From a virus (Duplodnaviria > Caudoviricetes), in the IMG/VR virus record IMGVR_UViG_3300037842_000377, positions 1-64,000 of that record: DNA of 64,000 nt; one strand, given 5' to 3'. Shown here one piece after another: positions 58,148 through 64,000 of this stretch (positions are counted from its first letter, which is position 1; the number at the start of each line of letters is the position of its first letter). The notes under the pieces are model-generated. The model had not been told where the DNA came from and did not search any database. It saw nothing but the letters and a program-made list of their open reading frames with translations. The position numbers and the translations under genes are program-made.

Positions 58148-59088
58148 AGATTTTGATAACAGGAGGCACAGGGTTTTTGGGGTTGAATATTAGAGATAAC
58201 CTCAAACAGTACTTCCCAGATGATCAAGTTGAGGGCGTAGGGTCTAAGGCTTTTGATCTCACCGATGAGTTTAACACGGAATTGATGTTAGCTGGATATA
58301 AGCCAGATGTTATCGTTCATGCCGCTGGTAGTGTGGGTGGTATTGGAGCAAACCGAGACAACCCCGGCAAGTTCATGTTCGAGAACTTGATGATGGGAAT
58401 TCATATTTTAGAAAAGGCCAGACTGTTAAAAATCCCTAAGGTTGTAATGTTGGGGACGGTTTGTGCTTACCCTAAACACACTCCTGTACCCTTTAAGGAA
58501 GAGGATATCTGGTACGGTTATCCCGAAGAGACTAACGCACCTTATGGTATTGCCAAAAAGACCCTAATGAGGCTCGGAGAAGCATATGTAGAGCAGTACG
58601 GAATGGATGTAGTTAACCTAATTCCCGTCAACATGTACGGTCCTTATGATCACTTCAACACTACTACCAGTCATGTAATCCCAGCCCTGATCATGAAGAT
58701 CCACGAAGCCATCAAGAATGATGATGATTGGCTTCCAGTTTGGGGCACTGGCAAGGCTTCAAGAGAGTTCTTATACGCCCCAGATTGCGTGGAAGCGATA
58801 GCTCAGGCTATCAAGAAGGATGTGGGGCCAGAACCAATCAATATTGGAACGGGTCAGGAAATCACAATCCACGACTTGGTAGAAGAGATTAGTGTACAAA
58901 TGGGTTATGAGGGTCATTTTGAGTGGGACACTAGTAAACCAGATGGACAACCTCGTAGGTGTCTAAATGTAGATAAAGCCAAGACATTATTGGATTGGGA
59001 AGCTAAGACTGAATTAAAAGAGGGTCTCAAGAAGACCATTGAATGGTATATCGACCTCGAAAAACTAAAAGAAAAGGAGACAAACTAA
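58144..59088 (+). CDS. fcl: GDP-L-fucose synthase
   Basis: TGGTGFLG, VGGIGAN, GTVCAYP, YGIAK, SHVIPAL, KPDGQPRR. Confidence 0.92.
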   Translation: MKILITGGTGFLGLNIRDNLKQYFPDDQVEGVGSKAFDLTDEFNTELMLAGYKPDVIVHAAGSVGGIGANRDNPGKFMFENLMMGIHILEKARLLKIPKVVMLGTVCAYPKHTPVPFKEEDIWYGYPEETNAPYGIAKKTLMRLGEAYVEQYGMDVVNLIPVNMYGPYDHFNTTTSHVIPALIMKIHEAIKNDDDWLPVWGTGKASREFLYAPDCVEAIAQAIKKDVGPEPINIGTGQEITIHDLVEEISVQMGYEGHFEWDTSKPDGQPRRCLNVDKAKTLLDWEAKTELKEGLKKTIEWYIDLEKLKEKETN

Positions 59089-59534
59089 TGAAATTAGGGT
59101 TTTATGTAGATACAAACGGTGGCACTCCACGCAATTCGGAGATCTACAACTTCCTCAATCAAGAGGTGGAAAATAACACCCTTGAGGATGCGGCTGTGTT
59201 CTTCGATACTGTCGATTTCAATCCGATCCAGACTAAATTCGGGATGTTTGACGCAACAGAATTGTGGCACTTTACGGGCCATCTGATTACTACATCTATA
59301 ATTGGCACTGTAAAAGCAGAGAGCGTGGTCAACAAATTCAAGGTGGCATATCTTTTCAATGCCGCAGATAAGAATGAGCGTACTATTTTTGAATTGATTA
59401 GAATAGCCAATAACCATAAGGTATTGGTAACAAACGAATTGGATGAGAAGGAATTCCTACGACTAACTGGTGTTAAACCAACATTAATGGAAGGGTTTTC
59501 TCTACAACAAATAAGAGAGGTTTTCGATGAGTGA
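59088..59534 (+). CDS. hypothetical protein
   Basis: TAATG coupling, AGGAG RBS. Confidence 0.7.
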   Translation: MKLGFYVDTNGGTPRNSEIYNFLNQEVENNTLEDAAVFFDTVDFNPIQTKFGMFDATELWHFTGHLITTSIIGTVKAESVVNKFKVAYLFNAADKNERTIFELIRIANNHKVLVTNELDEKEFLRLTGVKPTLMEGFSLQQIREVFDE

Positions 59535-60288
59535 TTTTGAACAAACGGTCCTAAAGATGTATGATGACGATAACAGCACATATGTTATTGCTAAACATCT
59601 TGACACGTACCCTAATAAGATTCGCCGCACCCTGCTGAAGCACGGTCGTAAGCTGAAGGACCGAAGTAGTGCCCAAAAGGCCGCACTGGACTCAGGCCGT
59701 AGTAAACATCCAACCGCTGGTAAGACACGCTCTAAGGAAGAACGTGTTAAGATCAGTAGTAGTCTGGAAGTCTACTGGAATACCATGAGCGATGAGGAAC
59801 GTAATCGCCGTGTAGATATGGCGAAAGAAAACTGGAATAAGATGACCGACAAGCAGAAGGAAACCATGCGTGCTAAGGGCGTCAAAGCGATCCGCGTGGC
59901 CGCTTCAGAAGGGTCTAAACTGGAGAAGATTTTCGAGGAAAGAATCGAAGAATCCGGGTACAAAGTTGAGTTACATAAACTCATAATTCCAGCAGAAAAG
60001 CTGGAAATTGACCTGTATATTCCGGAGTTGAAGACTATAATAGAGGTAGACGGGCCTTCTCACTTCTTACCAATTTGGGGAGAAGAGAAGCTGCAAAAAC
60101 AGATGAATGCAGACTTGAGAAAGAACGGCTCTCTGCTTACGAAAGGATATGCTGTGATTCGCGTGAAATCACTAGGACAGGAATCCTTGGCGAAACGAGA
60201 AGACCTAATCGAACAGGTCTTGGCTCACATTGAAAAGATCAATGATAAGTTTCCGTCAAGAAACAAACGTTTTATAGAGGTGGAGTAA
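59527..60288 (+). CDS. HTH/NUMOD3-like DNA-binding region fused to Vsr/DUF559-like endonuclease
   Basis: STYVIAKHL..KIRRTL, GKTRSKEERVKIS, EIDLY..IEVDGPSHF. Confidence 0.75.
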   Translation: MSDFEQTVLKMYDDDNSTYVIAKHLDTYPNKIRRTLLKHGRKLKDRSSAQKAALDSGRSKHPTAGKTRSKEERVKISSSLEVYWNTMSDEERNRRVDMAKENWNKMTDKQKETMRAKGVKAIRVAASEGSKLEKIFEERIEESGYKVELHKLIIPAEKLEIDLYIPELKTIIEVDGPSHFLPIWGEEKLQKQMNADLRKNGSLLTKGYAVIRVKSLGQESLAKREDLIEQVLAHIEKINDKFPSRNKRFIEVE

Positions 60289-61065
60289 ATGGCAGAAGAT
60301 GATTTGTTTGAGGGTACTGAACTAGAGAGTCCGTCAACGGAAGCTATGAAAGCGACTGGAAGTGTGGACAAGATCGTTCTGGATGGTCCGAGTAGGACTT
60401 CTCCGGAGTGGAACGACTGGGTCATGTCTCTGTTTGAAGACAGTGAGATGTTCGCTGAACGTCCAACCTGTGCTGGATTGAGACGTGTAGCAGAATTGGT
60501 ATTAGGGCCAGTGATTGAGAGTCGTCCCACTCAGGTATTCCCACCAAGCACTCATGATGAGATTGGACGAGCAACGGTCGTATGGGAAGTGAGATTTTGT
60601 ACGGGGCAAGTATTTGCCGACGTAGCCGACTGTTGGGAAGGAAACACAGATGACGCATTCTGTGTGTTTAACACTGCAACAGCAGCTACACGGGCTGAGA
60701 GTCGTGCTTTGCGGAAGGCTCTTGGAATCAAGACAGCTTCTTCAGAGGAAATGACAAGCAAGAACACCGCCAGTATCGTAAAAGAACTGAGTGGCAAGAA
60801 GAATTCTTCGACGGAGGGTGAATATGACAATTCGGGGAGGATGACAGATCCTCAAGCCAACTTCATTGACATTAAAGCAAAGCAGTTGGATATCAATGTG
60901 ACGAAATTTTTCAAAGACGTATTCAAAATCAATGTTAGCCGTAAGGTTGACAAACGGCAAGCGAGTGACGCGATTGAAAAACTAAACGAGTATCAAGGCG
61001 ATAAGTCGTTGATTCCAGATTCTATTTTTTCTTACCAAAATGATTGGAGAAGCACGAGCAAATGA
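60289..61065 (+). CDS. probable single-strand annealing protein (Sak/Rad52-like)
   Basis: GLRRVA, ATAATRAESRALRKALGI, C-terminal TDPQ..FI..ASDAI domain. Confidence 0.6.
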   Translation: MAEDDLFEGTELESPSTEAMKATGSVDKIVLDGPSRTSPEWNDWVMSLFEDSEMFAERPTCAGLRRVAELVLGPVIESRPTQVFPPSTHDEIGRATVVWEVRFCTGQVFADVADCWEGNTDDAFCVFNTATAATRAESRALRKALGIKTASSEEMTSKNTASIVKELSGKKNSSTEGEYDNSGRMTDPQANFIDIKAKQLDINVTKFFKDVFKINVSRKVDKRQASDAIEKLNEYQGDKSLIPDSIFSYQNDWRSTSK

Positions 61066-61400
61066 AGGTTAACTACCAAACAGGAAACGGTCGATTGAGT
61101 GTGGCACTAGAGGGAGATGGTCAGGCTGATATCTTCCACGAAATCTCACGTTTTCAAGAGGTGTTTGAGCAGAACACTTGTGGTAAATGTGGGAACGAGG
61201 ATATTCGCTTTGTTGTTCGAAACAATGACGATAATCTGTACCACGAACTACACTGTAAGGATCTCGGTTGTCGAGCCAAGCTGGCGTTCGGTGCCCACAA
61301 GAAGGGCGGCGGCTTGTTCCCTAAACGCAAGGATGGCGATGACTGGCTACCTAATGGTGGCTGGGTACGGTGGAATAAAGAGAAGGGTGTGAACGAATAA
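61062..61400 (+). CDS. zinc-binding hypothetical protein
   Basis: CGKCG...HC..GC.AKLAFG. Confidence 0.72.
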   Translation: MKVNYQTGNGRLSVALEGDGQADIFHEISRFQEVFEQNTCGKCGNEDIRFVVRNNDDNLYHELHCKDLGCRAKLAFGAHKKGGGLFPKRKDGDDWLPNGGWVRWNKEKGVNE

Positions 61401-61431
61401 GAGGCATTGTTAGATACCTCTACCAACGAAG

Positions 61432-61460
61432 AAGCCCCGGCCAAATGGTCGGGGCTTTTT
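61432..61460 (+). terminator. intrinsic terminator between convergent gene blocks
   Basis: AAGCCCCGGCCA-AA-TGGTCGGGGCTT followed by T-run. Confidence 0.85.
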
Positions 61461-61482
61461 CTATTTGAGGCTTTGAGTTGGC

Positions 61483-62250
61483 TTACAGGTACTCAAGCGT
61501 GAAGTACAGACCAAAATCCGTCTTACTTCCGATACTGTCCGGTGAAGCACTCATCGCAATGAACCAGTCGTGACGAGTGGCACGGCAGGATTCACCTGAC
61601 TGAGAAATCCAGTTAGTGTAAGCTCCGTCTCCAGTCGCCAGCACTTCGCTGGAGTTGGTATTCAGCCCACTTGGGCCGGGACCAGCGGTCATAACCATGT
61701 CGGTCATAGAGAAACCGTCAGCAAACTGTGTCCAACCGTGTGCGTCAGTAACGCCACGATGCTTCAATGGGCCAATGTCGTTACCAAAGTCAACTCCCTC
61801 AGTGGGATGTGGATGGCGTACTTCGTAAACCTGTGTAGTCACACCACTAGCATGTTGTGCGATATCAGAGCGGTCGAAGATACGTAGTTTACAGTTTTGG
61901 ACCCTAACTCCCTCAGAGTGCTCAAATCGAATATTGAGAGGGGCCGCGATGTTGGGAATACCAGATGTGCCAGTGGTTACACCGCCCTGAATCTGAACCC
62001 CACTATTGGGGAAGGCAACAGTATCACTGTATTTAGTGTTGGAGCACCTAACCCCAGATGCAGTACCATTTGAGTTGGTTACGTACATTGTGGTCTGATA
62101 GTCATTTACCGGGACAGAAATACCGAAACCACCACCAAAGAAGCCCATACCGGAGCCTGCCGCGTGGTCGATCAAATCAGGGGGATTTGTCGGATTGCTA
62201 GGGTAAATGCTGTTATTGTTAGCATGAAACGTGATTGCTGCCATATTCAT
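61483..62250 (-). CDS. probable virion structural protein
   Basis: AAGGAG RBS; Gly/Ser/Thr-rich; ends ASPDSIGSKTDFGLYFTLEYL. Confidence 0.72.
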   Translation of the reverse strand: MNMAAITFHANNNSIYPSNPTNPPDLIDHAAGSGMGFFGGGFGISVPVNDYQTTMYVTNSNGTASGVRCSNTKYSDTVAFPNSGVQIQGGVTTGTSGIPNIAAPLNIRFEHSEGVRVQNCKLRIFDRSDIAQHASGVTTQVYEVRHPHPTEGVDFGNDIGPLKHRGVTDAHGWTQFADGFSMTDMVMTAGPGPSGLNTNSSEVLATGDGAYTNWISQSGESCRATRHDWFIAMSASPDSIGSKTDFGLYFTLEYL

Positions 62251-62279
62251 CGATCTCCTTGTTTGAAAGATTCTGTAGT

Positions 62280-62288
62280 ATTATACAC
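62280..62288 (-). promoter_or_regulatory. putative late-promoter motif GTGTATAAT
   Basis: Identical to the motif at 8881; intergenic, ~30 nt upstream of the start. Confidence 0.45.
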
Positions 62289-62299
62289 AAAAGGTGTGA

Positions 62300-64000
62300 T
62301 TATCGTGGGTTAATCTTAACTGTGATATGTTGTTCGTGGGCTGGTGTTTGATTGTTACCAATATAATTAGTAGGACTAGATCCATGAAAATGTTCTTGCG
62401 AAGCCATCCACGTCATAGTGATATCATTGTGGAAATGGAAGAATACGTCATATTCTTTGTTGTCGGAATATAAAGTTGGATCTAAGGTATAACTAATTCC
62501 ATAGGTTTCATTGACGAAGGCTCCCGCTTCCGCTGCCGCGTCGTGCCCAGTATTAGGCCCAGTACTTTGCGAAACATCAGATGCGACCCTCACAATTTCC
62601 TCACCGTCTCGCTTCATTAGGTAGGGCTTAGGGTCTATCATATCTACATAATAAACACTAATGGACACAAAGTAAGCATCAAAGCCCTCTCCCGCCTCCG
62701 TAGAGAGCGTACCAAGCGTAATAGGACCGTTGGTATCAGAATTGAACTTATCGTCGTGAGCGGCTGTCTGAGACTCTGAGAAGCCAGTCCCTCTACTAAT
62801 ACATTTTAATTCCTTTATAGCTCCCTGAGTATCTCCGGAATTCTCTTCCACAGTCTCAACTTTAAACACAATATCATCCAATCCAACGGTATCCCCAGCC
62901 ACATATCCAGTACCTTTGCTTTTTACACACATTTTACCTAAAATGGTAGACGCTGGCATATTATCAAAGTTTGGAGTGTCAAGATGTTGAGCGGGATCAT
63001 TGGGCGATCCAGTTCCATCTATAACAAACTTGGTTCCTACGGGGATTGAAATACCAACCTCTTGCTTTCTATACTTAAATGGTAGTAATTTTCCAGTACG
63101 ACTACTATCAATAACCCAATATTTTTCCGCCATAACTGGACCAAACGGAGTTGTATCGTTCATCACCACATCTGAGAAAATATGATCATCAATCTGTACA
63201 TTTTGAGGGTAATATTGTTCAAAATTTTCATGACCTTCGCCTAAGTTAGGATTGATATGTTTAGCATTCCTAGTCATACCCCTGAGATCCACTACGCTGA
63301 AAGAGTCCTGATAATAATATTGATATTTGATATTCTGTCCATTACTACTTACCCCATCTATCTCGGTTGAGAGCTGCGGTGTACGGTAAAAGGCTTCAGT
63401 TGTGCCGTCGTCTTTCATATACAGGTCGTTAGCATATCTCACATCTGGGTTGAAGTGATGTACGGCGAACGTCCTAGGGTCAAAGAGGGTCTGGTCCCTA
63501 GGGTGTTGTTGGTAAATACGAACACTTAAGTCTGGAATATTCTCTTGTCTGTAAGAATCACGAAGCTGGGACACACCCCAAGTTTTATCTTGGTGTTGAT
63601 AGCCATTAGAGATAGAGAAAGGTATGTTACCCCAACCTGCTGCACCCATACCATAAATGTTATCAGTAGAGAAATCAATCCTTTCATTAGCTTTGATGGT
63701 ATTGAATGTTGTAATTACACCATAAGCATTACCACCCTTATTTTTCCAGAAACCGGCACCCGACTCCCTAAACCCCTCAGTCCACTTCATGGGTCCATAT
63801 TCCTTATTCCAATATAAATAATCGTGATATTGATTATAAGAACGTTGAACGGTTGTGTCGTTGTTGTATTTGTTCTCTATGTCTCCACCCCATTTTAAAC
63901 CATATTCTGTTGTCCACAGGTCTGCGTGTCCGTCTGCCTTTTCCCTATCTTCAAAGAATGCCGTACATGGGCGTTCATTATCCTTCTGAGTTCTACGTGC
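62300..64000 (-). CDS. large virion/tail-associated protein, 5' end beyond window
   Basis: Frame stays open from 63790 to 64000; KGTGY..GD and RGTGF repeats typical of tail/baseplate proteins. Confidence 0.72.
   Translation of the reverse strand, partial: ARRTQKDNERPCTAFFEDREKADGHADLWTTEYGLKWGGDIENKYNNDTTVQRSYNQYHDYLYWNKEYGPMKWTEGFRESGAGFWKNKGGNAYGVITTFNTIKANERIDFSTDNIYGMGAAGWGNIPFSISNGYQHQDKTWGVSQLRDSYRQENIPDLSVRIYQQHPRDQTLFDPRTFAVHHFNPDVRYANDLYMKDDGTTEAFYRTPQLSTEIDGVSSNGQNIKYQYYYQDSFSVVDLRGMTRNAKHINPNLGEGHENFEQYYPQNVQIDDHIFSDVVMNDTTPFGPVMAEKYWVIDSSRTGKLLPFKYRKQEVGISIPVGTKFVIDGTGSPNDPAQHLDTPNFDNMPASTILGKMCVKSKGTGYVAGDTVGLDDIVFKVETVEENSGDTQGAIKELKCISRGTGFSESQTAAHDDKFNSDTNGPITLGTLSTEAGEGFDAYFVSISVYYVDMIDPKPYLMKRDGEEIVRVASDVSQSTGPNTGHDAAAEAGAFVNETYGISYTLDPTLYSDNKEYDVFFHFHNDITMTWMASQEHFHGSSPTNYIGNNQTPAHEQHITVKINPR

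Noticed and set aside
63000-63817. + strand ORFs 63000-63185 and 63545-63817
   Set aside because: Antisense shadows of the long - strand virion gene.
1-64000. Stop-codon reassignment
   Set aside because: TAA, TAG and TGA all end full-length conserved genes, and coding density is high with the standard code.

Overview
A 64-kb segment of a large tailed-phage genome (standard genetic code; genes on the + strand up to a convergent terminator at ~61.45 kb, then - strand virion-type genes). A DUF1501 gene, Tat-type leaders and a C1-protease/thioredoxin/membrane-protein block suggest a Planctomycetota host (inference). Content: an RNA-rich block at 0-3.8 kb (tRNA-Ala, tRNA-like RNAs, a compact tmRNA); SSB, dCMP deaminase and a sigma factor; nrdAB, MazG and PhoH; RecA, DnaB, primase, dNMP kinase and a Cas4/RecB-like nuclease; an intein-free split DnaE with DnaQ between the halves; and a ~20-kb glycan-biosynthesis cluster. 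The main observation is at 881-1296. Downstream of a perfect sigma70 promoter lie five copies of one covarying RNA helix (outer stem, 3-nt A-rich/single-C internal loop, 6-bp inner stem ending GU-UCCUA). The copies carry different cargo, and one is circularly permuted into the anticodon arm of a tRNA. The array sits directly upstream of a 585-aa protein with a TerD-like C-terminus. This resembles the Ro60/Y-RNA arrangement but uses a different motif and a different protein, so it is a candidate undescribed ribonucleoprotein system. All calls were made by eye; no database searches or folding programs were run.
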